From an uncultured archaeon (GTDB taxonomy: Archaea > Thermoproteota > Nitrososphaeria > Nitrososphaerales > Gagatemarchaeaceae): a stretch of 64,000 nucleotides of DNA. Positions 49,970 to 60,332 of the stretch are shown one piece after another. The stretch's first letter is position 1; every line of letters begins with the position of its first letter. The notes beneath the pieces are model-generated. The model worked only from the letters and a program-made list of their open reading frames with translations. It was not told the DNA's origin and ran no database searches. The translations under genes were made by a program, and so were the position numbers. The stretch spans positions 224,001-288,000 of the forward strand of contig CAWFOU010000007.1 in the NCBI GenBank assembly GCA_963817525.1. Reading direction: 5' to 3'.

Positions 49970-51816
49970 TGTCGCTGGAGAGCAGGCGCCTGGTCGCCCT
50001 GGCGGTCAAGATAGTGGCCCTCGTGGTGGGCCTCGGCGTCACCGCGTACGCCACCGGGTACCTTTACGACGACGTGGTCTTCATCTCCCAGCAGACCTCC
50101 GCCAGCGTGGGCGAGGTGGTGGTCGCCGTGGCCGCCCTGAGCCTCGCGCTCACGGGCATCGCGCTCATCGCCACCCTCCCAGAGTCGCTCAGGGTCAAGG
50201 TCAGGAGGCCGATCAAGGTCCAGCGCCTCAACCCGGTGTACGGATTCGGCACGATCCTCGCGGTGGGGGTCGGCGCGACCCTGGGGTCGCCGCTCTTCAT
50301 ACTCATACCGCAGAACATCGTCCAGTACGAGTTCGTCTCGGTGGGCTCGCTGTTCCTGGCGATGGCCCTCTCGATACTGATGGCGAAGGTCTACGCGGAC
50401 ATGTACTCGGACTCGAGGAAGAGGGGGCTCGATGCGGTGGGAGGACCATCTTTCACCAGGCTCGCCGCGGGCGTGAGGAGCGCCAGATACTTCATCAGCA
50501 GGGTCTCGATGTGGGTGGCGAACACCGCGCTCGCCGCCTATTCCAAGATAGTCTTCCTCATCTTCGACTTTACCTACTTTCCCAGCATACTCGGGGAGCT
50601 CGGCGTGCCGGGCGATGCCCAGACCTTGATAGTATGGGCGACCGCGATATCTCTGATAGCGTGGACCGTCCTGGACTCCTTCTACGAGGAGAGGCTCCTC
50701 TCCGTGACCGGAGGGCTCCAGATAATCCTCACCTCGGCGATGGTCGCGATACTTCTCTACGACAGCTTCAGGCTGGGCGAGAAGGGCTCGTGGAACCTGA
50801 CGGGAATCTTCCACTACACGGGCGGAGTCTCCTGGCCCATCGAGCTGGTGATCAACACAGGGTACCTCTACCTCCTGTTCTTCGGGTTCCAAGAGATCCA
50901 ATCCCTGGAGCGCGACGCGAGGGAGAGGACGTCAGTCCCGGTGATCTCGTGGATCAAGAGGGGATACACCCTGAGCAAGGCCCACTACCTCGGCGTTGCG
51001 ATGGTCCTCACGGTGATCATAACCGGCACGATCAACATCCTCTACGGAGTCGCGGTCTTCGCAATACACCCCTCCGCGAGCGCGGTCGACAGCGCCCAGA
51101 TACCGGCCCTCTACCTCGCGGACGCCTACCTCGGGCACTTCCAGGAGCTGCTGATGGGGATATGCTTCCTCATCGCCTCCGTCACCACTTTCGTCCCCGC
51201 CTTCCTCGCAGCCACCCGCCACCTAAGGGCGCTGGGGGAGGACGGGTACATGCCGACCTCCCTCGCGAACCTCTCGTGGCTCTTCACGCTGGTCTCCATA
51301 TTCCTCCTCGCGGTGAGCAACGAGAACTTCCTCGTCGACATAACCGACTTCATGGTCCTAGTGAGCCTGGGCATAATCACCCTCTCGAGCGTTTGGCTCA
51401 GGAGGTCGAGGGGAGCCGCTTTCGGGACCCCGGACCTGCTGCCGCTGGTGGTGGGGACCAGCTGCTTCGTCGCCGGGGGCGCCGTGTACCTGCTCAGCTC
51501 CTCGGTCGTGGTCTTCGGGACACTCGCGATCCTGTTCGCCTACCTCGCCTTCGACATCCTGGAGCTGGGGAACCTGGGAGTGCAGCTCTTCCTTTCGATC
51601 CTGAGCCTGGCCTGTCTACCCCTGCTCGCGCTCTTCCCTCACTCGGTGCACGCGAAGGGAATCCTGCTCTCCCTGCTGCCGATCACGCCCACGGGAGCGG
51701 ACGACCTCCTCGTCGGGATGCTCGCTATCGCCCCGGTTATCCTCCTGCTCAACTCGTACGTCGACGCGACCCTCCTCAAGAGCGCCCCGAAGAGAGGCGC
51801 CAGGCAGCGGAGATAG
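49969..51816 (+). CDS. APC family permease with extra TM segments
   Basis: GVGATLGSPLF, FFGFQEI, R.L.ALGEDGYMP. Confidence 0.8.
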   Translation: MSLESRRLVALAVKIVALVVGLGVTAYATGYLYDDVVFISQQTSASVGEVVVAVAALSLALTGIALIATLPESLRVKVRRPIKVQRLNPVYGFGTILAVGVGATLGSPLFILIPQNIVQYEFVSVGSLFLAMALSILMAKVYADMYSDSRKRGLDAVGGPSFTRLAAGVRSARYFISRVSMWVANTALAAYSKIVFLIFDFTYFPSILGELGVPGDAQTLIVWATAISLIAWTVLDSFYEERLLSVTGGLQIILTSAMVAILLYDSFRLGEKGSWNLTGIFHYTGGVSWPIELVINTGYLYLLFFGFQEIQSLERDARERTSVPVISWIKRGYTLSKAHYLGVAMVLTVIITGTINILYGVAVFAIHPSASAVDSAQIPALYLADAYLGHFQELLMGICFLIASVTTFVPAFLAATRHLRALGEDGYMPTSLANLSWLFTLVSIFLLAVSNENFLVDITDFMVLVSLGIITLSSVWLRRSRGAAFGTPDLLPLVVGTSCFVAGGAVYLLSSSVVVFGTLAILFAYLAFDILELGNLGVQLFLSILSLACLPLLALFPHSVHAKGILLSLLPITPTGADDLLVGMLAIAPVILLLNSYVDATLLKSAPKRGARQRR

Positions 51817-51860
51817 CTGGCCCTACCTGTCGCCCCGCTTGACCAGGCCCAGGGTCTCCA

Positions 51861-52910
51861 TCATCTTCGTCCCCCCGGGCCCAGGAGCCTCAGCCTCTCA
51901 ATGGCCATCTTCGGGTCGACGGCGCTCATCGCCTTCATCGACTCCTTCGACCTGGCGAGGACGACGACCACCCCCTGCATGAACCCGAGGCAGTCGAGCG
52001 TTTCGAGGACGTCCTCCCCGGCGGCCTCGAGCCTGCTGAGCTGGAGCTTGTCCTTCCTTAGGTCGAGGATGGCGTCGAGCAGCCTCCCTGTGGCCCCCTT
52101 CAGCACCAGGAGGTCGAGGTGCTTGCTCAGGGCCACCTCCCCGGTGACGTCCACCTTCCCCTTGTCGTCGGAGTACTCGATGGTCATGAACGAGTCGCTG
52201 CCCGACCTCGAGAAGACGATGCCGACGGTGCTGCTAGTCTCTGTGTTCACGAAGGTGGCGTCGAGGTGGTTCTTGGAGGCCCTGGCGTTGGCCAGCGCGT
52301 AGTCGTCGAGCTTCTCAAAGTCCGGCACGGGCTCCTTCCTGAGCCAGGTCTTCCCGAGCCTGACTGGGAGCTTGAGCCCCTTCCTGACGCTGGAGAACCT
52401 GAACTCGCTCCTGAAGTAGGGGGAGCGCGGAGTGTTGAGCAGGAACTCGTACTCTATCTCGCCTGGGCACGTGTATTCGTCGTTCGCGGAGTAGGAGCTG
52501 TCCGAGAGCTCTAGCGATATCTCCTCGTCGGTGACGGGGAGCGGCGTCGCGGCCAGATAGACCTCTAGGCTCCTCCTGGCCTTCATCTCCTCCGACCTCG
52601 ATTCTGCCTCCATGTCTTTCAGGGTCTCCTCGAGCTTCGCCTTGATGTGGTCCTTCGCCTGCTGGATGGCGAGGGCTGCGAACTCGTTTATCTTCCTGGA
52701 GATGTTACCAGAGTCCTCGTCGTCGAGGCGGACGCCATCGAAGGCCTGAGCGATCCGAGAGGCCAGGCCGACCAGCTCCTCCACCTGCTCGCCTGCCCTC
52801 GTCTTCGCCTCGTCCTGCTCCTTGATGCTGCGCCCCCAATTCTCCGAATACCTCACCGCGTCTGCGAGTTCCGTGAAAAGGAGGTCGGCGCCATTGGACG
52901 CTTCAGACAT
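51861..52910 (-). CDS. hypothetical protein (helical N-terminus, acidic)
   Basis: Long ORF with coding bias; C-terminal end uncertain. Confidence 0.7.
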   Translation of the reverse strand: MSEASNGADLLFTELADAVRYSENWGRSIKEQDEAKTRAGEQVEELVGLASRIAQAFDGVRLDDEDSGNISRKINEFAALAIQQAKDHIKAKLEETLKDMEAESRSEEMKARRSLEVYLAATPLPVTDEEISLELSDSSYSANDEYTCPGEIEYEFLLNTPRSPYFRSEFRFSSVRKGLKLPVRLGKTWLRKEPVPDFEKLDDYALANARASKNHLDATFVNTETSSTVGIVFSRSGSDSFMTIEYSDDKGKVDVTGEVALSKHLDLLVLKGATGRLLDAILDLRKDKLQLSRLEAAGEDVLETLDCLGFMQGVVVVLARSKESMKAMSAVDPKMAIERLRLLGPGGRR

Positions 52911-52944
52911 CCTCGAGACCGAGTTGTCTCAGTCGCCGATTAGA

Positions 52945-52958
52945 TAAACGTGGTAGTA
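52945..52958 (-). promoter_or_regulatory. putative promoter element TACTACCACGTTTA, copy 2
   Basis: Identical to 9936-9949. Confidence 0.5.
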
Positions 52959-52973
52959 GCCCGCCGGGAGTGC

Positions 52974-55028
52974 TCATCGGCGCCTTCTTCGGGCCGCCAG
53001 GACACCCGTCGCGACGGCGAGCAAGGCGGCGACGGCCGTCACGGAGAGGAAGGCCGCTGTCGAGACGCCCGACGACGTGACGAAGCTCGTGACGACCGAG
53101 GTGGTGGCCGAGGCGCTCGTGGTCGGGAGCGTCGGCGCCAGGGCGACCATCACGCCGTTGGTTATCGGGAGCCCGGGGTCGTCGTTGCCGTTGCACACCG
53201 GGAAGACGAGCAGCTCCTCGCCGGTCGCGTCCTGCCCGATCGCGGGCTGGGTGCAGAGCGCGGACCCCAGGTTCTTCTGGAGGACTAGCCGTCCGGTCTC
53301 CTCGTTGATCGCCCTCAGGTACCCGTCCGCGGCAGGGACGAGGACCAGCCCGCCGGTGATGTCGACGCCCCCGCGGAAGCCGATGTCGGGGATGGGATAC
53401 TCCCAGAGGGGCTTGCCCGTGTCCACGCTGATCGCCCATACGGTGGTGTTCCAGGGCAGGCTGGGCCCTTCGTAGGAGAGGTCTTGGCCGAAGCTGCCGT
53501 ACGGGACGCCGGGGCCTACCGTGGGCGTGATGCTCACCCACTGCGGGCAGTTGTAGGTCACCACGACGGCGATGTTGTTCACCGGGTCGTAGGCAGGGTC
53601 AGACTCGATCCCCCCGCTGTGGCAGGGGTTCTGGACGTACGGCTCGACCGAGGGGTAGTCGGCCCACGGCTTCACCATGTCGCTCCTGTTGGTCGGGTCG
53701 AGGATCTCGCTCGCCGCCGTCCTCTCTATCGAGGGGGCGTCGAAGTACCAGAGCATCTTCCCCGTGGCCGCGTCGAGGGCGTAGAAGTAGCCGTTCTTGC
53801 ACCCTTTCATGACCACCTTCTGGGCCTGGCCGTCGACCGTGGCGTTGGCGAGCATGACGCTCCAAGAGCAGTCGTAGTCGCTCAGGTCGTGTGGGGAGGT
53901 CTGGAAGCCCCAGACGATCCTGCCCGTCGTCTCGTCTATTGCGAGGACGGAGGAGCTCCAGAGGTCGAGGCCCGGCCTGGTCGTCGCGTTCCAGTCCGGC
54001 GACGGCTGCCCCGTCCCCACGTAGACGAGCCCAGTCTGGGGGTCGTAAGCGTCCGAGCCGCCCCACCCACCGTCCGTCCCCGCGAAGCTCTGCTGGCCGT
54101 TGAACCCAAAGTCCCCCCAGTCCCCGTAGAGCATGCCGTAGAGAGTGGAGTTGGGGAGCGCCTTGAGGTTGATCTGGGCCGTCCCGTTGAAGACCCACGC
54201 GTAGCTCGCGTTCTCCACGGAGTGGATGGACCAGAACTGGTTCGAGCCGTCCTGCGGCGGCATGATGAACGTCCTCCACATCAGGGTCGGGGGGGAGGCG
54301 GTGACGTTCCAGGCCTCGAAGAACCCCCTGCCGGCGTCGGTCCCCTCGGAGTCCGAGTTGGTCACGGTCATTATCCCGCGGTCCTGGTCGATGATCAGCT
54401 GCTTGCCCCCAGGGTCGTAGTAGCCGTAGTTGCCGGGGACGTCGACGGGCAGGTAGTCCACCTTGAGCACCTGGGCTCCGGACGCCGCGTTGAGGGCGAA
54501 GACCGTGTAGTTGTCGGCGGCGACCCAGATTAGGGGCTGGTCCCTGACCAGCGTGGTGTACCAGAGCGCGTGGTAGTGCCCCTGGAGGTTGAGCGACTCG
54601 GGGAGGACGCCAATCCCTGGATAGTCATAGTTGAGGGAGAGGTTCTTGCTCCAGGAGAGCTGGCCCGTGTCGGCGCTCTGGGCGACGAGCTCGTCGGAGC
54701 TCGTGATGTAGTAGACCGTCCCCTGGGCGATTATCGGGGTGATGATGACGCTCGTCCCCAGTGTGCTGGGGATGCGCGGGTCGGGGAGGGGGAAAAGCCA
54801 CTTCAGGTCGAGCGTGTCGACGCTCGTCACGTTGATCGCGGTCTGCGGGCTGTAGTCCCAGTTGAACGGGAAGTTGCCATCGGGGCCTATCCAGTCCGCA
54901 GCGCTCTGGGCGCTAGGCACCTGGGCGGGCGCGGCCTGGAGGGCGCCCATGGAAGACGATGTGGAGAGCAGGAAGACCATCGAGGCGAGGGCGAGCAGGA
55001 GCAACGGCCGGGACGCGCTGGCTGACAA
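52974..55028 (-). CDS. PQQ-binding beta-propeller (quinoprotein dehydrogenase-like), secreted with C-terminal anchor
   Basis: YSPQTAIN, GTGQPSP, W.FQTSPHD..DYD, KNGYFYALD..TG; TM plus RRRRR tail. Confidence 0.85.
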   Translation of the reverse strand: MSASASRPLLLLALASMVFLLSTSSSMGALQAAPAQVPSAQSAADWIGPDGNFPFNWDYSPQTAINVTSVDTLDLKWLFPLPDPRIPSTLGTSVIITPIIAQGTVYYITSSDELVAQSADTGQLSWSKNLSLNYDYPGIGVLPESLNLQGHYHALWYTTLVRDQPLIWVAADNYTVFALNAASGAQVLKVDYLPVDVPGNYGYYDPGGKQLIIDQDRGIMTVTNSDSEGTDAGRGFFEAWNVTASPPTLMWRTFIMPPQDGSNQFWSIHSVENASYAWVFNGTAQINLKALPNSTLYGMLYGDWGDFGFNGQQSFAGTDGGWGGSDAYDPQTGLVYVGTGQPSPDWNATTRPGLDLWSSSVLAIDETTGRIVWGFQTSPHDLSDYDCSWSVMLANATVDGQAQKVVMKGCKNGYFYALDAATGKMLWYFDAPSIERTAASEILDPTNRSDMVKPWADYPSVEPYVQNPCHSGGIESDPAYDPVNNIAVVVTYNCPQWVSITPTVGPGVPYGSFGQDLSYEGPSLPWNTTVWAISVDTGKPLWEYPIPDIGFRGGVDITGGLVLVPAADGYLRAINEETGRLVLQKNLGSALCTQPAIGQDATGEELLVFPVCNGNDDPGLPITNGVMVALAPTLPTTSASATTSVVTSFVTSSGVSTAAFLSVTAVAALLAVATGVLAARRRRR

Positions 55029-55129
55029 AAAATTGCTACGCCTTGGGCGCAGCGACGACCCAACCGATTTAGCCGTTGCGTCTCTGGCGCGGAAACGGAT
55101 AAAAACGCGACTATGGGCCGGCGTCGAAG

Positions 55130-55912
55130 ATGATAGACCTTTCAAGGAAGAAGCTCTTCCTCTTCGACCTTGACGGCGTGCTGACCGCGGGCAAGGAGTC
55201 CCCCGTCAAGCTCGGCGGGACCAAGGTCATCAACAAGATAAGGGCAGGAAAGGGGAAGAGGCTCTTCGTCCTCACCAACGACTCGACGGACACGGTGGAG
55301 ACCGTGCTCGAGCGCCTCCAGAGGTTCGACATCCCGGTCAAGTACGAGGAGATACTCACCAGCGCCAAGCTCACCGCGCAGTACGTCTCGAAGAGGCACC
55401 CCAAGGGGACCTACTTCCTCGTGGGCGAGCGCGGCCTCGAGGAGGAGCTGAACAAGGAGGGGCTGAAGAGGACACGGGGGAGCAAGGCCGACGTCGTGGT
55501 GGTGGGCCTGGACAGGTGGCTCACCTACAACAAGCTGGACAAGGCCGGAGAGGTGGCCAGGAACGGGGCGTCCATAGTCGCCTGCCACTACGCGAAGCTC
55601 TACATGTTCAAGGACCGGGTCGCGATGGCGGTCGGCCCCATCGTCAGGGCCATCGAATTCGCCTCGGACAAGAAGGCCGTGGCGATAGGCAAGCCCTCCC
55701 GCCTCATGTTCGAGCTCGCCCTCGAGAAGGCCGGCTGCAGGCCAGAGGACGCGGTGATGGTGGGCGACCAGGAGGAGACTGACATACTGGGCGCGAAGAA
55801 GATGGGCATCACGAGCATCATGGTCAAGACCGGCGTCTTCTCCAGGGGAGAGACGAAGACCCAGGCGGACGCGGTGGTCGAGACCGTGGACGACGTCGCG
55901 GACGGCATCTGA
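55130..55912 (+). CDS. HAD-IIA hydrolase (NagD-like)
   Basis: FDLDGV, LTN, GKPS, MVGD..TDI.GA. Confidence 0.92.
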   Translation: MIDLSRKKLFLFDLDGVLTAGKESPVKLGGTKVINKIRAGKGKRLFVLTNDSTDTVETVLERLQRFDIPVKYEEILTSAKLTAQYVSKRHPKGTYFLVGERGLEEELNKEGLKRTRGSKADVVVVGLDRWLTYNKLDKAGEVARNGASIVACHYAKLYMFKDRVAMAVGPIVRAIEFASDKKAVAIGKPSRLMFELALEKAGCRPEDAVMVGDQEETDILGAKKMGITSIMVKTGVFSRGETKTQADAVVETVDDVADGI

Positions 55913-55974
55913 GCGGAGAGCCCTTTGGGCGCAGGACTAAAGTGGGCGCGGCCCCCGGACGCGCGCGAGGGTAA

Positions 55975-57366
55975 ATGCGGATTCTGACTCCCGGGGCGCT
56001 GATCTTCCTGTCGACGCTGGGCGTGCTCGCGCTCTCGCTGAACGGGGTCTGGGCGGCCGACCATCCGGACAGCCTCCTGGAGCTCGCCTATGCGTTCTGG
56101 GCATACCACTCGGTCGTGTTGGGGACGCCAGGCCAGCTCGACCCCGTGTCGGTGGACGTCTTCGTGCGCAACGGGGTCTACTACAGCGCGCTCGCCCCCG
56201 GCGTCGCCGCCCTCTCGCTGCCCTTCACCGGATTGGGGTTCATCCTGGACGGGAGGTTCACCCTCTTCGGGAACGCCTTGCTGATGTCGGAGTTCTTCGT
56301 CGCGTTCTGCAACTCGGTGGCGGCCTACTTCGTCTTCAAGCTGGGCTCCATGTACTTCACCCAGAGGACCTCCGCGTTCCTCGCCTTCGCCTACGCCTTC
56401 TCGACCATAACCTGGCCGTTCGCGACGATGTTCTTCGAGAGCGACGTCTCCGCGATGCTCGACCTAATCGCGGTCTTTCTCGCCATCAGGATGGCCCGCG
56501 GCAAGGCAGCTCGCCTCGCGGACGCGATACCCTGCGGCGCCGCGCTGGGCGCCGCGTTCACGGTGGACTACATCAACTTCCTCTTCGTCCCCGTCATCTC
56601 GGCCTTCCTGCTCTACTCCTTCAGGGGGAGGCTCGCAGGGTTCGCGAAGGGGTTTGCGGGGTTGCTCGCGACGTCGGCCGTCGGCGCGGTCCTCCTGGGC
56701 CTCTACGACCAGGTGGCCTTCGGCAACCCGCTGGTGACCAGCGAGCAGGTCTACGACCACACAACGTCGGTCTTTCAGAGCTTCTCGTACCCGCTGCTCT
56801 CCGGGCTCTACCTCGACCTCTTCTCTCCGCTGAGGGGCGTCTTCCTCTACTGCCCCGTGCTCGTCGTCGGGGTGGTGGGGTGCTTCTACTTCTGGCAGCG
56901 TCGCGAGACGAGGAGCGAGTGCGTCCTCCTCGTCGCGTGCTTCCTGGCGATCGTGATTCCGTACTCGATGTGGTACAACGCTGAGGGGGGCGAGGGGTTC
57001 GGGCCGCGCTTCCTCATCCCGGCGATTCCCTTCCTGCTCCTCCCCGCGGGCTTCGCGATTGAGGCAAGGGGGCGCGTGGTGCGGGTGTTCGCCTACCTGC
57101 TCTACGGGGTGGGCGTGATCTTCAACGGCATCGCCGGGGTAACAACCGCCATCCCGCAGGTCGCGCCGATATCCCAGTTCCCCTTCCTGACACACGTGCT
57201 CCCCCTCTTCCTGAAGGGAGGAGGGGACACCTGGTGGTGGAAGGATGCCGGCTCTTTCTGGTGGGCGCCGTCAGTCCTCATCATCGCGGCGGCGCTCGCC
57301 CTCCCCTTCGTGTTCCCGAGGGGCAAGGACGGCGGCGGAGGGCTCCCGCGAGCGAAATCGTCTTAA
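55975..57366 (+). CDS. polytopic membrane protein, GT-C glycosyltransferase-like
   Basis: Many TMs, FGNPL, SPLRG.F.Y.P, FGPRFL.P. Confidence 0.6.
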   Translation: MRILTPGALIFLSTLGVLALSLNGVWAADHPDSLLELAYAFWAYHSVVLGTPGQLDPVSVDVFVRNGVYYSALAPGVAALSLPFTGLGFILDGRFTLFGNALLMSEFFVAFCNSVAAYFVFKLGSMYFTQRTSAFLAFAYAFSTITWPFATMFFESDVSAMLDLIAVFLAIRMARGKAARLADAIPCGAALGAAFTVDYINFLFVPVISAFLLYSFRGRLAGFAKGFAGLLATSAVGAVLLGLYDQVAFGNPLVTSEQVYDHTTSVFQSFSYPLLSGLYLDLFSPLRGVFLYCPVLVVGVVGCFYFWQRRETRSECVLLVACFLAIVIPYSMWYNAEGGEGFGPRFLIPAIPFLLLPAGFAIEARGRVVRVFAYLLYGVGVIFNGIAGVTTAIPQVAPISQFPFLTHVLPLFLKGGGDTWWWKDAGSFWWAPSVLIIAAALALPFVFPRGKDGGGGLPRAKSS

Positions 57367-57419
57367 GGCCCTCCCGGTTTCTGCCCTCGACATCAATGCA
57401 GCACTCCACAGGCAAGATA

Positions 57420-57806
57420 ATGAGATGCGCCGTATGCGGGAAGGAGGAGTCCACCCCTGGGACGTTCCCCATGGTCATCGGCGTGGGCAGGATCTGCATT
57501 TCGTGCGGGATGCAGACCGTGAAGTGCGACGTGTGCGGGACGGAGGTGAAGCGCCTGACCTCTTCGCGCTTCCAGGGCAGGAACCTGTGCCTGAAGGACC
57601 ACATGAAGGAGGTCGAGAAGTACAAGCAGCACATAGTCAAGACCTTCGACGAGGACAACGATAGCGTCGAGGAGATAATGCGCAAGTCCGTTGCCGACGG
57701 CCCGGAGGGCTACTCGCTGGTCACCCTGCGGAGGGCGAGGAACAGCATGCACGTGTGGGAAGCTGAGTACGAGAAGACGGAGATACTGCAGTCCCGCTGC
57801 AGCTGA
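57420..57806 (+). CDS. multi-CxxC zinc finger hypothetical protein
   Basis: CAVC, CISC, CDVC, CLKDH. Confidence 0.7.
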   Translation: MRCAVCGKEESTPGTFPMVIGVGRICISCGMQTVKCDVCGTEVKRLTSSRFQGRNLCLKDHMKEVEKYKQHIVKTFDEDNDSVEEIMRKSVADGPEGYSLVTLRRARNSMHVWEAEYEKTEILQSRCS

Positions 57807-57812
57807 GCGAAA

Positions 57813-58140
57813 ATGTCAGACAACAGCGAGGTCAGGCTCATCCAGAGGCTCGTCCAGGAGATTGAGAGGCTCAAACTCGGGCTCGACCCGGACGTCCTCG
57901 CGGCGTGGTATCGCAAGGTTGAGGTCGAGGCGAAGGCAAGGGCGCCGGCCCGACCTCAGGGACAGCATCCAGGTGATCAGGGACCCCGTCCTCACGATGA
58001 AGTTCGAGTTCAAGACGTCCAGGCGCGCGGTCGATAAGGTCATCGAGGCGATAGAGGCCAACCTCTCTGCGATGCCCATGGCGACGAGGCTCTACTTCGA
58101 GAAGCTCGAAGAGCTCATACAGGCGCAAGCCAAGGCTTGA
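57813..58140 (+). CDS. hypothetical protein, frameshift near 57950
   Basis: Two frames join into one continuous reading of about 108 aa. Confidence 0.6.
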
Positions 58141-58181
58141 GTCCTCTGGACGATTCCATGGCGCAGGACCAGCACAGAGGG

Positions 58182-58376
58182 CTATTGTGACCTGGTCCTA
58201 CAAGGAAGTACAAGGTCTGGAAGCCATCCGATGTCTTTCCGATAGAGCCCTGAGAGAGTAGTGACTCTAGGAGCTGGGTCAACTCGGCGACGGCTTATGC
58301 CTGTAGAATTCAGCAGGTCATTGTAGGTAATGGGCCTTTCGGCCATTTCTCGAATTATGGTCTTCACGTGCTGCAC
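58182..58376 (-). pseudogene. degenerate wHTH fragment
   Basis: IIREMAERPITYNDLLNSTGISRR; lower GC. Confidence 0.35.
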
Positions 58377-58500
58377 CTATTTCGGGCAACCTTTGTGACT
58401 TTTCATCGGTGCAACGGATATTTGATATCTGTTCTGGTTTGCAACTAAATGCCACTGGAATGCAACTGCATATATATTGCGCACCGCCATCGCGCGGACC

Positions 58501-59053
58501 GTGCTTCCTGCCGATTCTCGTCGCAAACGGGACACGGAGTCCTTGAGTTTCAGGCTGGACAAGGACGACCTGGATGATCTGCGAGAGTTGGCAAGGTCGC
58601 GAAAGATAAGCTTGAACTCGCTCGTCGCCCAGATCCTCGACAGATACCTCAGAGCTCTGGGTCTATGACGGCTCGTTTGGTTTCTTTCCAATCAGCAAAA
58701 AGACGATCAGACTAGCCTTCGCAAAATTATCCCCCGAGGAGATAATGAAATCGCGAAAGAGTCGAGCGCTACAATCCACAAGCAGATAATCATGTTCCTC
58801 TACGGCGAAGTCACCGCGGCGACGGTCATCGACTACTTGGAGGTCTTCGGCTCTAGATTCGAGTCTTACAGGCACTTCCGCAAGGGGCCCCAAACACATC
58901 GTGACGATTTTTCATGAGGTCTCTCTCGAGTTCTCCCAGGTCTACTATGCCATCCTGGCGGCGATTCTTACGCTGGGAGAGTTCAAGATAATTGAGAGCG
59001 AGAGAGACCTGAATGAGGATGGTTTTTCGATCAGTTTTGATGTCCGGCGCTGA
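58501..59053 (+). pseudogene. RHH-domain regulator with a C-terminal putative ligand domain, about 3 frameshifts
   Basis: TESLSFRLDKD..DDLRELARSRKISLNSLVAQILDRY, then pieces in alternating frames. Confidence 0.6.
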
Positions 59054-59125
59054 CCACATGGCCGTCCCTGATTTTCTGGTGAAGCTGAGATTTTCGTCCG
59101 CGGTTTGACTGGGATGCGCTGACAC

Positions 59126-60332
59126 CTAGTGCTTTGCGACGATCGCGAGCTCCTTCCCTATCTTGGCGAAGGCGCCGATCGCGAAGTCCAGGTCGTCCGG
59201 CGGTGAGCGCCGCGTTCATGATGGTCCTTAACCTGGCCTTCCCTTTCGCGACCATGGGGAAGACGATGGGCAGCGCGAAGACGCCCTCCTCGAAGAGGCG
59301 CGCGCTGAGCTTCTTCGCGACCTCCGCCTCCCCTACCATGATGGGCGTTATCGGCGACTCGCTCTTCCCGATGTCGAACCCTAGGTCGCTCATGGACTTT
59401 TTGAAGTGCCTCGTGTGTCTCCAGAGGGTCTCGACCCTCTCGGGCTCGTTCTCGAGGACGTCTATCGCTGCGATGCACGCGGCCGCGACGGCCGGCGGGT
59501 GCGAGCCGCTGAGCAGCCACGTGCGGGACTTGTTGTAGGCGAAGTTCGTCAGGTCGCGAGACCCGGAGACGTGCCCCCCGACTACCCCGAACGCCTTGGA
59601 GAAGGTCCCCATCTCGATCTGGACCTGCTTCCTCGTGAGGTTGAAGTGGGAGACGATCCCTCGACCGCCCTCGCCAAGGACTCCCTCCCCGTGGGCGTCG
59701 TCGACGTACACTATGGCGCCGTGGTCGCCGGCGAGCTTCGCAATCCGGTCGAGGGGGGCGATGTCCCCGTCCATGGAGAAGACGCCGTCTGTGATTATCA
59801 GCATCCTCCGGTATTGCGGGACGTGCCTTTCGGCGTCCTCGAGGACCCTCGCGAGGTCGGCCATATCGCCATGCTTGTAGACGGCCCTCTCCGCGCGCGA
59901 CAGCCTGACGCCGTCGATTATGCTGCCGTGGTTGAGCTCGTCGCTGATGACGATGTCCTGCTCCCCGACGAGCTGGGGTATCAGCCCGCTGTTGACCGCG
60001 TAGCCCGTCTGGTAGACAAGCGATGCCTCCGCGCGCTTGAAGTGCGCGAGCCTCTCCTCGAGCAGGATGTGGAGGTCCATGTTCCCCGCGATAGCCCTGA
60101 CCGAGCCGGAGCCCGCCCCGTGCGTGGTCACGCCGTCGATGGCGGCCTTCTTCAGGGCGGGGTGGTCTGTGAGTCCCAGGTAGTTGTTGGAGCACAGCAT
60201 GAGGACTCGCTTGCCGTCGATTTGGCACCAGGGGGTGCTCGGCCCCTGGAGCGTCCTGATCTTCCAGTCGAGGTCGCTCTGCACCAGCGCGCGGTACTCT
60301 TCCCCTAGGAATGACGTCGGGTCCCTGCTCAT
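59126..60332 (-). CDS. kbl: glycine C-acetyltransferase (KBL), +1 frameshift near 59202
   Basis: CSNNYLGL, SDELNHGSIIDG, DGVFSMDGD, VDDAHG, GTFSKAFG. Confidence 0.92.

Noticed and set aside
13771-60332. Programmed frameshifting or mass pseudogenisation
   Set aside because: No shared slippery site, no in-frame stops, and housekeeping genes are affected, so sequencing or consensus error is more parsimonious.
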